From Pseudomonadaceae bacterium (lineage in GTDB: Bacteria > Pseudomonadota > Gammaproteobacteria > Pseudomonadales > Pseudomonadaceae), in assembly GCA_007692485.1 (NCBI GenBank), contig REBY01000044.1:1241-65240 (forward strand): DNA of 64,000 nucleotides. The letters are read 5' to 3'. The position numbers were made by a program, and so were the translations under genes. Below the pieces are notes generated by a model. It was given only the letters and a program-made list of their open reading frames with translations. It ran no database searches and was not told the origin of the DNA. Below are positions 54,103 through 64,000 of the stretch, piece by piece. Each line of letters starts with the position of its first letter. The stretch's first letter is position 1.

Positions 54103-56958
54103 TTACGCTTTCAGCGCGTCTTCGAGCAGTTTTTCTTGCTGTTCCGCATGCATCGAGGGATGGCCGCAGGCCGGAGCCGCCGAGGCTTCCCGTCCAGCGT
54201 AGTCCAGATACAATTCTTTTACCTTGTGCTCAGCCAGTACCCGGCGCATATGGTGCTGACTGCAGTACCAGGCACCTTGGTTCATCGGTTCTTCCTGACA
54301 CCAGACCACCTTCTTCAGGTTCTTGTAAGGTGCCAGCACCTCAGCCAGATCCTCTTCCGGGAAGGGATAGAGTTGCTCGATGCGCACAATGGCGACATTG
54401 TTCAGCTCTTCGTTACGGCGCTTCTCCAGCAGATCGTAATAAACCTTGCCGCTGCACATCACTACGCGATCCACCTTCTTCGCGTCGAGCTCGTCATATT
54501 CCGGCATCACCGGCTGGAAGGAGCCGTCAGCCAGGTCTTCCAGGCTGGAAATAGCCAGTTTGTGCCGCAGCAATGATTTCGGCGTCAGCGCGATCAGCGG
54601 CTTGCGCAGTGGGCGGATAACCTGGCGTCGCAGCATGTGATACACCTGGGCCGGTGTCGACGGCACGCACACCTGGATATTATGTTCGGCACTCATTTGC
54701 AGAAAACGCTCGAGACGCGCCGACGAATGCTCCGGGCCCTGCCCCTCGTAACCATGCGGTAGCAGCATGGTCAGGCCACAGAGGCGGCCCCACTTGTGCT
54801 CACCACTGGTAATGAACTGATCGACCACCACCTGGGCACCATTGAAGAAGTCGCCGAACTGGGCTTCCCAGATCACCAAGGCGTTGGGCGTGGTGGTCGC
54901 ATAGCCGTATTCGAACGCCAGCACCGCCTCTTCTGACAACAGCGAGTCATAGATATCGAAACGCGGCTGACCCTCGCTCAGGTTCGCCAGCGGAATGTAG
55001 GCATCACCTAGTTCACCCTTCTGGTTATGCAGCACCGCGTGGCGGTGAGAGAAGGTACCCCGGCCGACGTCCTGACCGGTAATACGTACCGGATGGCCTT
55101 CGTGCAGCAAGGTCGCATAGGCCATGGTCTCGGCAAAACCCCAGTTAATTGCCAGTGCACCGGCAGCCATTTTGCGGCGGTCCTCAACAATCTTACTGAC
55201 CTGACGCTGCAGCACCAGACCGTCCGGCAGGGTATTCAGGCGATTCGCCAGTTCCTGCAAGGTTTTCAGCTCGATACGAGTATCGTGCCGCGCGGTCCAC
55301 TCGTGTCCGAGATAAGGTGACCAGTTAACAAAGGAGCCGGTATCCGGTTCTTTGACCAGGCTTTTCACCACATGGTCGCCGTTATCCAGCGCCGTACGGT
55401 ACTCCTCGAACATCGCCTGCACACCCTCTTCGCTCAAGGCTTCTTCAGCGATTAGACGCTCAGCGTAGATTTCTCGCGTGGTCGGGTGCTTGGCAATCTT
55501 GGCGTACATGTGTGGCTGGGTACCGGAAGGCTCGTCAGCCTCGTTATGCCCACGACGGCGGTAACATACCAGATCAATCACCACATCGCGCTTGAATTGC
55601 ATGCGGTAATCGACCGCCAGTTGAGTCACAAAGAGCACAGCTTCCGGATCATCCGCATTGACGTGGAAGATTGGCGCCTGAATCATTTTGGCGACATCGG
55701 TGCAATATTCGGTCGAGCGCGCATCATCCTGGCGGCTGGTAGTAAAGCCGACCTGGTTATTGACGATGATGTGGATAGTGCCACCCGTCTTGTAGGCCCG
55801 AGTCTGTGACATCTGGAAAGTTTCCATGACCACACCCTGACCCGCAAAGGCGGCATCACCATGGATGCTGATCGGCACCACCTTGTCACCATTGCCATCC
55901 TTGCGTCGATCCTGCCGCGCGCGAACGGAGCCTTCCACTACCGGAGAGACGATCTCCAGGTGTGAAGGGTTGAAGGCCATGGCCAGATGGACCTCGCCGC
56001 CCGAGGTCATTACGTTGGACGAGAAGCCCTGATGGTATTTGACGTCCCCGGAGCCGAGATCAACTTTCTTCTTGCCTTCGAACTCGTCAAACAACTCACG
56101 CGGGTTTTTGCCCAGAATATTCACCAGAACGTTGAGACGGCCACGGTGAGCCATGCCGATAACAATTTCACTGGTGCCGTAAGAACCCGTACGCTGGATG
56201 ATTTCATCCAGCATCGGAATCAGGCTTTCGCCCCCTTCAACACCAAAGCGCTTGGTACCGGGGTACTTGGTGCCCAGGTACTTTTCCAGCCCTTCAGCGG
56301 CTGTCAGACGCTCCAGCAGGTGGCGGCGTGCGTCAACGGAAAAGGTGGGTTTACCGCGCACGCTTTCCAGTCGTTGCTGGAACCAGCGGCGCTGGTTGGA
56401 ATCAACGATGTGCATGTACTCAGCACCGAAGGTCGAACAATACGTCGACTTCAATGTTTCCATGACATCAGCGAGGGTGGCTTCGTCCTTGCCGTCCTGC
56501 AGTTCACCGGTGCGAAACACGGTTTCCAGGTCAGCATCGGTTAGTCCGTAGTCGGACATTTGCAGATCAACGATCTCTTCCCGCTGCCAGAGCTCAAGCG
56601 GGTCCAGACGAGCAGCCTGATGGCCACGCATTCGGTAAGCCTGGATAAGACGCAGCACATCAACCTGCTTCTTCTCATGATCAACGCTCACGCTACCTGC
56701 AGACGCACTGCTACTGGCAGCCGCCGGGCGACGATTGTTTTGGGTCAGAAGCTGGAATTGCTGGCGAATTGCGGAATGGGAAATGTCCGTAGCAGCATGA
56801 CCGTTGACCTGAGGCAGCTTCTGGAAATAGCTGCGCCACTCATCGGCAACGCTGTTCGGATCTTGCAGGTAGAGCTCGTAAAGCTCTTCAACATAGGAGG
56901 CATTCCCGCCGGATAGATGGGAAGAACTCCACAGCTGCTGCATATCGCTGTCTGGCAT
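54103..56958 (-). CDS. sucA: 2-oxoglutarate dehydrogenase E1 component
   Basis: 951 aa with the N-terminus LSGGNASYVEELYELYL and TPP-binding regions. Confidence 0.97.
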   Translation of the reverse strand: MPDSDMQQLWSSSHLSGGNASYVEELYELYLQDPNSVADEWRSYFQKLPQVNGHAATDISHSAIRQQFQLLTQNNRRPAAASSSASAGSVSVDHEKKQVDVLRLIQAYRMRGHQAARLDPLELWQREEIVDLQMSDYGLTDADLETVFRTGELQDGKDEATLADVMETLKSTYCSTFGAEYMHIVDSNQRRWFQQRLESVRGKPTFSVDARRHLLERLTAAEGLEKYLGTKYPGTKRFGVEGGESLIPMLDEIIQRTGSYGTSEIVIGMAHRGRLNVLVNILGKNPRELFDEFEGKKKVDLGSGDVKYHQGFSSNVMTSGGEVHLAMAFNPSHLEIVSPVVEGSVRARQDRRKDGNGDKVVPISIHGDAAFAGQGVVMETFQMSQTRAYKTGGTIHIIVNNQVGFTTSRQDDARSTEYCTDVAKMIQAPIFHVNADDPEAVLFVTQLAVDYRMQFKRDVVIDLVCYRRRGHNEADEPSGTQPHMYAKIAKHPTTREIYAERLIAEEALSEEGVQAMFEEYRTALDNGDHVVKSLVKEPDTGSFVNWSPYLGHEWTARHDTRIELKTLQELANRLNTLPDGLVLQRQVSKIVEDRRKMAAGALAINWGFAETMAYATLLHEGHPVRITGQDVGRGTFSHRHAVLHNQKGELGDAYIPLANLSEGQPRFDIYDSLLSEEAVLAFEYGYATTTPNALVIWEAQFGDFFNGAQVVVDQFITSGEHKWGRLCGLTMLLPHGYEGQGPEHSSARLERFLQMSAEHNIQVCVPSTPAQVYHMLRRQVIRPLRKPLIALTPKSLLRHKLAISSLEDLADGSFQPVMPEYDELDAKKVDRVVMCSGKVYYDLLEKRRNEELNNVAIVRIEQLYPFPEEDLAEVLAPYKNLKKVVWCQEEPMNQGAWYCSQHHMRRVLAEHKVKELYLDYAGREASAAPACGHPSMHAEQQEKLLEDALKA

Positions 56959-57247
56959 GCTTGGTCACCCTCTTCAAGGGGACACCACCTGGCGCTAAGA
57001 CCATTAATTGGCAGTTACCTGCCTTCCGCGCAGAACATGTATAAGGGCACCGCATTGTCCCTGCCGATGACCTGCCAACCATATTCTGCCAAACCGGAAT
57101 TTGCCGGCCCCGACAGATAGTTCGGGTGTTACCCGATTGTCCCTGTTGGTTGTGCTACTAAAACAGGCTGCGGCTTTTTGGGCTGCAGCCCGATCTGTTT
57201 AACCGGCACCCTATAGCAGGCACCGGCACAGGTTCAGTCAATGCAGA

Positions 57248-57961
57248 TCAGGTACCGCTCTGAAGCAACATGTTGCGGATGTGACCGATCGCGCGGGTCG
57301 GGTTAAGACCTTTGGGACACACATTGACGCAATTCATGATGCCACGGCAGCGGAAAACGCTGAACGGGTCGTCCAGTGCAGCCAGGCGCTCATCAGTCTT
57401 GGTGTCACGGCTGTCCGCGAGAAAGCGGTAAGCCTGCAACAAACCCGCAGGACCAATGAATTTGTCTGGGTTCCACCAGAACGAAGGGCAAGAGGTTGAA
57501 CAGCAGGCACAGAGAATGCACTCGTACAAGCCATCCAATTTCTCACGCTCTTCCGGCGACTGCAGGCGCTCGATAGCGGGCGCCGGCGTGTCGTTCTGCA
57601 AATACGGCTGAACCTTCTCGTATTGCTTATAGAAGATGCTCATATCCACGACCAAGTCACGAATAACTGGCAAACCGGGCAATGGACGCAACACCAACTT
57701 GTTGTTTTTCACCACATCAGACAACGGCGTGATACAGGCCAGGCCATTCTTGCCGTTGATGTTCATCCCGTCAGAACCACAGACACCCTCACGGCAGGAG
57801 CGACGATAGGACATGCCTACATCTTGCTCTTTTACCAGGGCCAGCACATCAAGCACCATCAGGTCCTTGCCACCGGTATCCACCTGGAAATCCTGCATGT
57901 GAGGAGCGCTGTCGCTCTCGGGGTTATAACGGTAGACGCTTACTTGCAGCATATCGGTCAC
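57248..57961 (-). CDS. sdhB: succinate dehydrogenase iron-sulfur subunit
   Basis: CREGVCGSDGMNING, CILCACCSTSCP and CHSI-like cluster motifs. Confidence 0.98.
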   Translation of the reverse strand: MTDMLQVSVYRYNPESDSAPHMQDFQVDTGGKDLMVLDVLALVKEQDVGMSYRRSCREGVCGSDGMNINGKNGLACITPLSDVVKNNKLVLRPLPGLPVIRDLVVDMSIFYKQYEKVQPYLQNDTPAPAIERLQSPEEREKLDGLYECILCACCSTSCPSFWWNPDKFIGPAGLLQAYRFLADSRDTKTDERLAALDDPFSVFRCRGIMNCVNVCPKGLNPTRAIGHIRNMLLQSGT

Positions 57962-57963
57962 CC

Positions 57964-59736
57964 TTAATAAGTCCGAATTTTAGGTTCAAATACCGGAACC
58001 GTCTTGGGCGTAAAGTTAACACCCCGCTTGTTCAGCGTTTTCGTCTCTGGCATGTAAAGGCTGTGGCACAACCAGTTGGCATCATCACGGTCTTCGTAGT
58101 CTTCACGCGCATGCGCGCCTCGACTTTCAGTCCGCAGGTTAGCCGCAATGGCAGTAGCTTCAGCCACTTCAAGCAGATTTTGCAGTTCCAGTGCTTCGAT
58201 ACGCGCAGTATTGAACGCCTGGCTCTTGTCGTCGATCTTGAGCGTCGAGATGCGCTCACGCAAATCGGCCAGTTGTTTGATACCTTTTTCCATGTATTCG
58301 CCGGTACGGAATACACCGAAATAGTTTTGCATACAGCTTTGCAACTCTTTGCGAAGCGGCGCAACTTCCTCACCTTTATCGCGCTGATTGAGCGCGTTCA
58401 GGCGGCCCAGAGACGACTCGATATCAGACTCGGAAGCGGTACGATGCTCAATACCATCTTTGAGCGCGCTTTCAAGGTGCAGACCAGCGGCACGACCAAA
58501 GACTACCAAGTCGAGCAGAGAGTTACCGCCCAGGCGGTTGGCACCGTGAACAGACACACAAGCCACTTCGCCAACAGCAAACAAGCCGTCAACAATCTTG
58601 TCATTGCCATTGGCATCCTGAGTAATTGCCTGACCATGAATATTGGTGGGAATACCACCCATCATGTAGTGGCAGGTCGGCACAACAGGAATCGGTGCAG
58701 TGACCGGATCAACATGGGCGAAAGTCTTCGACAGTTCACAAATGCCAGGCAAACGGCTGTGCAGTACTTCCTCGCCCAGGTGATCCAGCTTGAGCATGAC
58801 GTGATCACCTTCCGGGCCACAGCCGTTCCCAGCCAGGATCTCTTTGACCATGGAACGGGCAACGACATCACGGCCGGCCAGGTCTTTCGCGTTGGGCGCA
58901 TAGCGCTCCATGAAACGCTCGCCATGCTTATTGATCAGATAACCACCTTCTCCACGGCAACCCTCGGTAACCAGGGTACCCGCACCGGCAATACCGGTCG
59001 GGTGGAACTGCCACATTTCCATATCCTGCGCTGGAATGCCGGCACGCAAGGCCATACCCATACCGTCGCCGGTATTGATCAGGGCATTGGTCGTCGAAGC
59101 GTAGATACGCCCAGCACCGCCAGTCGCCAGCACGGTAGCTTTTGAGCGAATGTAAACCGTTTCACCGGTTTCGATGCAGATGGCAATTACCCCGACCACG
59201 ACACCATCCTGGTTCTTGACCAGATCAACCGCATACCATTCATTCAGGAAGGTCGTGTCATGCTTTACGTTGTTCTGGTAAAGGGTGTGCAGTAGAGCAT
59301 GACCGGTCCGGTCTGCGGCAGCGCAAGTACGCGCTGCCTGAGTCGGATCATCAGGACCCTTGGACTGACCACCGAAGGGGCGCTGATAGATACGGCCCTG
59401 TTCGGTGCGCGAGAAAGGCAAGCCCATGTGTTCCAACTCAAAAATCGCTTCCGGACCCACCGAACACATATATTCGATAGCGTCCTGGTCACCGATGTAA
59501 TCAGAGCCCTTGACCGTGTCATACATGTGCCAGCGCCAATCATCATTCGGATCAGCGGAAGCAATTGCACAGGTAATCCCACCCTGCGCTGATACTGTGT
59601 GCGAACGGGTCGGGAACACCTTAGTGACCACTGCCGTCTTGTGACCGCCTTGCGCCAGCTGCAACGCAGCTCGCATACCGGCCCCACCGCCACCAACAAT
59701 GATGGCGTCAAAAGTCAACGTCCGAATATTAGTCAT
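57964..59736 (-). CDS. sdhA: succinate dehydrogenase flavoprotein subunit
   Basis: [16 protein letters not shown] and the [10 protein letters not shown] covalent-FAD His region. Confidence 0.98.
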   Translation of the reverse strand: MTNIRTLTFDAIIVGGGGAGMRAALQLAQGGHKTAVVTKVFPTRSHTVSAQGGITCAIASADPNDDWRWHMYDTVKGSDYIGDQDAIEYMCSVGPEAIFELEHMGLPFSRTEQGRIYQRPFGGQSKGPDDPTQAARTCAAADRTGHALLHTLYQNNVKHDTTFLNEWYAVDLVKNQDGVVVGVIAICIETGETVYIRSKATVLATGGAGRIYASTTNALINTGDGMGMALRAGIPAQDMEMWQFHPTGIAGAGTLVTEGCRGEGGYLINKHGERFMERYAPNAKDLAGRDVVARSMVKEILAGNGCGPEGDHVMLKLDHLGEEVLHSRLPGICELSKTFAHVDPVTAPIPVVPTCHYMMGGIPTNIHGQAITQDANGNDKIVDGLFAVGEVACVSVHGANRLGGNSLLDLVVFGRAAGLHLESALKDGIEHRTASESDIESSLGRLNALNQRDKGEEVAPLRKELQSCMQNYFGVFRTGEYMEKGIKQLADLRERISTLKIDDKSQAFNTARIEALELQNLLEVAEATAIAANLRTESRGAHAREDYEDRDDANWLCHSLYMPETKTLNKRGVNFTPKTVPVFEPKIRTY

Positions 59737-60105
59737 TTAGATACCCCAAAGAATCTGCACGCCCCAAACAAAGAACACGAACATGGCAAGACCGCATAGC
59801 GCTTGAAACAGAAAGCGGATAACAGTCGCTGATTTACCAATGCCCATGGTTGTCAGGTAGTCGGTGGAAATAGTCCACAGTCCGACCCAGGCATGAACGC
59901 TGAGGGCCACTAATGTGAGCAAGCTGAAAATACGCACCCAGTTCTGGCTGAACAGCGCTTGCCATTCGGCGTAGGTCAGACCCGGGTTGAATATCAGAAA
60001 GCCAAGCAGGAAGAGCACATAGGCTGCCAGAACAACCGCAGAAACACGCTGCGCCATCCAGTCATAAAGACCGCTGCGCGACAGATTGGTGACGTTGGTT
60101 ACCAT
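59737..60105 (-). CDS. sdhD: succinate dehydrogenase hydrophobic anchor subunit
   Basis: MVTNVTNLSRSGLYDWM. The ATG at 60105 overlaps the sdhC stop (ATGGTAA). The ORF-track start at 60111 is a TTG. Confidence 0.92.
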   Translation of the reverse strand: MVTNVTNLSRSGLYDWMAQRVSAVVLAAYVLFLLGFLIFNPGLTYAEWQALFSQNWVRIFSLLTLVALSVHAWVGLWTISTDYLTTMGIGKSATVIRFLFQALCGLAMFVFFVWGVQILWGI

Positions 60106-60491
60106 ACCCAAACCCCCAGGAGAACAATGCAGATAACGGAGATCACAATAACGATCTTCGAGCCCAGCTTACCGCTTTCAAGCTCTTCACCGACGCCAGC
60201 ATCCATCACCAAGTGACGAACACCTGCAATCAGGTGATACACAAGCGCAGACAGCACACCCCATACGACCAATTTGGCCAAGGGATTTTGCAAAAAGGCT
60301 TGAACTTTCGCAAAGCCGTCTTCGGAACTCAACGATGTATCCAGCATCCAAAGCAAACCAGCGATGGCGAGGAACAGGATGACGCCCGAAATACGGTGAG
60401 CGATCGACGTATAAGCAGTAACGGGAAGCTTGATCGTCCTGAGGTCTAGGTTGACAGGTCTTTTGCTATTCACGGCTATATTCACACTCAT
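60099..60491 (-). CDS. sdhC: succinate dehydrogenase cytochrome b556 subunit
   Basis: RPVNLDL ... SIAHRISGV heme-ligand region. Confidence 0.95.
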   Translation of the reverse strand: MSVNIAVNSKRPVNLDLRTIKLPVTAYTSIAHRISGVILFLAIAGLLWMLDTSLSSEDGFAKVQAFLQNPLAKLVVWGVLSALVYHLIAGVRHLVMDAGVGEELESGKLGSKIVIVISVICIVLLGVWVW

Positions 60492-60832
60492 GGCCCTTAG
60501 GTCAGGGCTGGATTATAGGAAGGTGCACGCTTTTGGGTACCCCAATGCCCTGTTTACGCACTTAAAAAATCATGCTTACAAGGTCATTTTGCCGGTGATG
60601 GAGTATAGAGACTTGCCCCCCTGATTACAATGCGCCAGACCGGCGGCAGCTTTGCAGAATGCGTCTGAATGGCTACTGAGCACTTAACACTGACAGCGTA
60701 ATAAAAGCTTTTTATTGACGTGATATCCATTCACAATCGGTATAATTGACAAACCGATTTATCACCTTATAGTGATGCGGGCCCTGCGTGGGGGGTCACA
60801 CTTTCGATACCAGCAATTTAAGGAGGCCATCA

Positions 60833-62107
60833 ATGGCTGACAAGAAGGCGCAGTTGATCATCGAGGGCGCTGCCCCCATTGACCTGCCTGTTTATTCCGG
60901 ATCACTCGGTCCTGACGTCGTCGACGTACGCGGACTGACCGGAGAAGGTTATTTCACCTTCGACCCAGGCTTCATGGCCACCTCGTCCTGCGAGTCCAAG
61001 ATCACCTACATTGATGGCGACAAGGGCATTTTGCTGCACCGCGGTTACCCCATCGAGCAGCTGGCAGAAAAAGCTGACTTCCTGGAAACCTGCTACCTGC
61101 TGCTCAACGGTGAACTCCCCACCGACGCCGAAAAAGCCGACTTCGTAACCACCATCAACAACCACACCATGGTGCATGAACAGCTGAAGAACTTCTTCAA
61201 CGGCTTCCGCCGCGACGCCCACCCCATGGCTATCATGTGCGGCGTTGTTGGTGCCCTGTCAGCTTTCTACCACGACTCACTGGATATCAATGATCACAAG
61301 CATCGGCAGATTTCCGCTATCCGCCTGATCGCCAAGATGCCGACTCTGGCCGCCATGGTCTACAAGTATTCCCTTGGCCAGCCACTGATGTACCCACGCA
61401 ACGAGCTTTCCTACTCGGAAAACTTCCTGCACATGATGTTCAACAGCCCCTGCGAAGAGAAAAAGGTTAATCCGGTACTGGCCAAAGCCATGGACCGCAT
61501 CTTTATCTTGCATGCTGACCACGAGCAGAATGCCTCGACCTCGACCGTACGCCTGACCGGCTCTTCCGGCGCCAACCCCTTCGCCTGTATCGCCGCTGGC
61601 ATCGCCGCCCTGTGGGGTCCTGCTCACGGCGGTGCCAATGAAGCCGTGCTGAACATGCTGGATGAAATCGGCGATGTCTCCAACATCGAGAAATTCATTG
61701 CCAAGGCGAAAGACAAGAACGACCCGTTCAAGCTGATGGGCTTCGGTCATCGCGTGTACAAGAACTTTGATCCACGCGCCAAAGTCATGAAGCAGACCTG
61801 TGACGAAGTACTGGCCGAACTGGGCATCAATGACCCGCAACTGGAACTGGCGATGAAGCTGGAAGAAATTGCGCGCAACGATCCCTACTTCAAGGAACGC
61901 AACCTGTACCCGAACGTTGATTTCTATTCGGGCATCATCCTTAAGGCGATCGGTATCCCGACCTCCATGTTCACAGTGATCTTCGCTACCGGTCGTACGC
62001 CGGGTTGGATTGCTCACTGGAATGAAATGATCAGCGGTCCGTACAAGATTGGCCGTCCACGCCAGCTGTACACTGGCCCGACCCAGCGCGACTACCCGAC
62101 CAAGTAA
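60833..62107 (+). CDS. gltA: citrate synthase
   Basis: AAGGAGG lies before the ATG at 60833. Contains [15 protein letters not shown]. Divergent from sdhC as in enterics and pseudomonads. Confidence 0.98.
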   Translation: MADKKAQLIIEGAAPIDLPVYSGSLGPDVVDVRGLTGEGYFTFDPGFMATSSCESKITYIDGDKGILLHRGYPIEQLAEKADFLETCYLLLNGELPTDAEKADFVTTINNHTMVHEQLKNFFNGFRRDAHPMAIMCGVVGALSAFYHDSLDINDHKHRQISAIRLIAKMPTLAAMVYKYSLGQPLMYPRNELSYSENFLHMMFNSPCEEKKVNPVLAKAMDRIFILHADHEQNASTSTVRLTGSSGANPFACIAAGIAALWGPAHGGANEAVLNMLDEIGDVSNIEKFIAKAKDKNDPFKLMGFGHRVYKNFDPRAKVMKQTCDEVLAELGINDPQLELAMKLEEIARNDPYFKERNLYPNVDFYSGIILKAIGIPTSMFTVIFATGRTPGWIAHWNEMISGPYKIGRPRQLYTGPTQRDYPTK

Positions 62108-62118
62108 GCTTTAGTCGA

Positions 62119-62149
62119 CAAAAAACCCGGCCTTGGCCGGGTTTTTTTA
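62119..62149. terminator. bidirectional terminator (gltA / dcd)
   Basis: AAAAAA-CCCGG-ccttgg-CCGGG-TTTTTTT. Confidence 0.85.
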
Positions 62150-62189
62150 TGCCTTGCTGCCAGGCTTACCCTGACAGGGCACAGCATCC

Positions 62190-62756
62190 TCAGGCGCGCG
62201 GCAGGGTCACACCGCGCTGCCCCTGATACTTGCCGCCGCGATCGCGGTAAGACACCTCACAGGGCTCGTCGGACTCAAAGAACAGCATCTGTGCCACACC
62301 TTCGTTGGCATAGATTTTTGCCGGCAAGGTCGTAGTATTGGAAAACTCCAGCGTCACATGCCCTTCCCACTCAGGCTCCAACGGCGTGACATTGACGATA
62401 ATGCCGCAGCGCGCGTAAGTGCTCTTGCCCAGGCAAATTGTCAGCACATTACGCGGGATGCGAAAATATTCTACCGTGCGCGCCAAGGCAAAGGAGTTCG
62501 GCGGGATGATGCAGACATCGCTTTTAATGTCGACAAAGCTCTTCTCGTCAAAATGCTTGGGATCAACCGTAGCCGAATGAATATTGGTGAACACCTTGAA
62601 TTCATCGGCGCAGCGGACGTCATAGCCATAACTGGACACCCCATAAGAGATCACCCGATCACCCTCAGCGCCGCGTACCTGGCGCTCGACATAAGGCTCG
62701 ATCATGCCCTGTTCCTGGGACATGCGACGTATCCAACGATCTGATTTGATGCTCAT
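62190..62756 (-). CDS. dcd: dCTP deaminase
   Basis: [13 protein letters not shown]-terminus and the LEFSNTT region. ATG at 62756. The ORF-track start at 62930 runs through the repeat element. Confidence 0.95.
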   Translation of the reverse strand: MSIKSDRWIRRMSQEQGMIEPYVERQVRGAEGDRVISYGVSSYGYDVRCADEFKVFTNIHSATVDPKHFDEKSFVDIKSDVCIIPPNSFALARTVEYFRIPRNVLTICLGKSTYARCGIIVNVTPLEPEWEGHVTLEFSNTTTLPAKIYANEGVAQMLFFESDEPCEVSYRDRGGKYQGQRGVTLPRA

Positions 62757-62872
62757 GGGCTGTCCTGCTCGCGTAAAAAAGTGTGTGCATGTTAACGGGT
62801 AATGTGCAGCGGCAAAAGCCCTGGCAATGAACGCATTTCTCGCCAAGCAAGTGCACGGCACTGGCGAGCTAT

Positions 62873-62972
62873 GCTGGCAGTCACCGGTTGCAGACCGTCG
62901 ATAGCCAGGCACGGCTATCGACGAGCTCACAGGGATGTGCTTGTAGCGTGTCTGCGAGCGGTGGCTGCCAGC
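62873..62972 (-). repeat. full-length copy (C) of the nested-palindrome repeat family
   Basis: On the minus strand the outer stem GCTGGCAG pairs with CTGCCAGC. The core is CAGACACGCTACAAGCACATCCCTG. The inner hairpin is TCGTCGATAGCC-gtgcct-GGCTATCGACGG followed by TCTG. Confidence 0.85.
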
Positions 62973-63001
62973 GTAGCTCTACTCAGAAAACCTAACCAAC
63001 C

Positions 63002-64000
63002 TTAATCATCACTGATACTGATCTGCGGTCCGCCGGAATCTGCCTGCGCACGTTCAGCCAGGCGCGCTCCAACATGACGAGCGATATCTTGATAGAGCAT
63101 GCTGATCTGACATTCTGGCTCAGCAATCACCGTCGGCGTACCCCCGTCGGATTGCTCGCGAATCATCATGGAAAGTGGCATCGACGCCAACAGATCCACC
63201 CCGTACTGCTCAGCCAACTTTTCACCACCACCCGCACCAAACAAGTGCTCGGCATGACCACAGTTAGAGCAAATGTGCACAGCCATGTTTTCCACTACAC
63301 CCAACACCGGGATATGCACCTTGTGGAACATCTCGATACCTTTCTTCGCATCCAGCAGCGCCAGATCCTGCGGTGTAGTCACAATGACCGCGCCACTGAC
63401 CGGAACCTTTTGTGCAAGCGTCAGCTGGATATCGCCAGTGCCGGGCGGCATATCCACCACCAGATAATCCAGTTCATCCCATTGCGTCTGCGTCAGCAGC
63501 TGCAACAGCGCACCCGACACCATAGGCCCACGCCAGACCGCCGGGGTGTTTTCATCCAACAAGAAGGCCATCGACATCACCTGCACACCGTGCGCTGTAG
63601 GCGGCATAAACCACTTGCCGTCGCGCACCTCGGGCCGAGTACCCTCTGGCAAACCGAGCATCAGCCCCATACTGGGACCATAGATATCCGCATCCAGCAC
63701 GCCAACCCGCGCACCCTCACGGCTCAACGCCAGAGCCAAGTTGACTGCCGTGGTAGATTTACCCACCCCGCCCTTGCCAGAGGCCACCGCAATGATATTG
63801 CGCACCTTGTCCATTCCAGCCAGCGCACCTTGCACCGGGGCCCGTACCACGGCACAACGGACACTTACTGACACCTTAGTAACTCCGGGAACGGCCTCTA
63901 GCGCAACCTCCAACATCTGACTAATGCCCGCACACAGACTGCTGGCGGCATAACCCAGCTCAAGCTCAACCGATACGCTGCCCTCGTTGATAGCCAGCTC
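63002..64000 (-). CDS. apbC: iron-sulfur cluster carrier ATPase ApbC/Mrp (N-terminus lies beyond the window end)
   Basis: Deviant Walker A ASGKGGVGKSTTAVNLA and the CSNCGH motif. The frame stays open from 63916 to 64000 (ELAINEGSVSVELELGY..., DUF59-like N-domain). Confidence 0.93.
   Translation of the reverse strand, partial: ELAINEGSVSVELELGYAASSLCAGISQMLEVALEAVPGVTKVSVSVRCAVVRAPVQGALAGMDKVRNIIAVASGKGGVGKSTTAVNLALALSREGARVGVLDADIYGPSMGLMLGLPEGTRPEVRDGKWFMPPTAHGVQVMSMAFLLDENTPAVWRGPMVSGALLQLLTQTQWDELDYLVVDMPPGTGDIQLTLAQKVPVSGAVIVTTPQDLALLDAKKGIEMFHKVHIPVLGVVENMAVHICSNCGHAEHLFGAGGGEKLAEQYGVDLLASMPLSMMIREQSDGGTPTVIAEPECQISMLYQDIARHVGARLAERAQADSGGPQISISDD

Noticed and set aside
58063-59145. 360-aa ORF antisense to sdhA. 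Similar cases lie opposite fabD (16371-17243), fabF (14204-14959), htpG, the RND permease and mltG.
   Set aside because: In every case the opposite strand carries a confidently identified conserved gene, and the antisense products have no recognisable motifs or translation signals.
60708-60760. TTGACG ... TATAAT as the gltA promoter.
   Set aside because: The spacer is 20 nt, too long for a sigma70 promoter. The TATAAT box is plausible, but I cannot pair it with a -35, so no promoter feature is called.
62802-63005. 67-aa plus-strand ORF in the dcd-apbC spacer, plus the 58-codon N-terminal extension of the dcd ORF (62757-62930).
   Set aside because: Both are read through repeat copy C. The dCTP deaminase N-terminus MSIKSDRWI at 62756 is the conserved start.

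Overview
The window reads as a mostly conserved, housekeeping stretch of a Pseudomonas-like gammaproteobacterial chromosome (about 57% GC by eye). From memory, gene order is collinear with P. aeruginosa blocks around PA2953-PA2976, PA1561-62 and PA1580-PA1597.

Recognisable content:
- gltX start, LysR regulator plus an EmrAB-type efflux pair, and a PauB-like oxidoreductase.
- A PA2779/PA2778-type small-protein and cysteine-peptidase pair, then ETF-ubiquinone oxidoreductase.
- The tatD-pilZ-holB-tmk-mltG-pabC-fabF-acpP-fabG-fabD-plsX-rpmF-yceD cluster.
- maf, sppA, a HAD hydrolase, rluC, and rne with its long leader.
- An alpha/beta hydrolase, ppiA, and a tRNA Ala-Glu-Ala operon.
- acnA, aer, a small accessory patch (usp, GNAT, sigma54-driven porin, ykgJ, oxidoreductase, unknown permease, two-gene RND pump).
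- Dienelactone hydrolase, htpG with a textbook sigma32 promoter, two PaaI thioesterases, and MAPEG plus DUF599.
- The full sdhCDAB-sucAB-lpd-sucCD TCA cluster, gltA, dcd and apbC (partial).

I found no CRISPR array, IS element, integrase, prophage or recognisable defence genes.

The most unusual thing is not a gene. It is a family of about 100-nt nested-palindrome repeats with three copies (6774-6833, 28501-28604, 62873-62972). The stems covary between copies while an unpaired block and a hairpin base stay identical.

Other items worth a second look:
- The uncharacterised PA2779/PA2778 peptidase module.
- An orphan-terminator sRNA candidate at the position of RgsA/P16.
- A sigma54 promoter with NtrC-like half-sites ahead of a TorF-family porin.

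All calls come from reading the ORF translations and the DNA by eye. No database search or folding program was run, so family names and PA-number synteny are from memory and should be verified.
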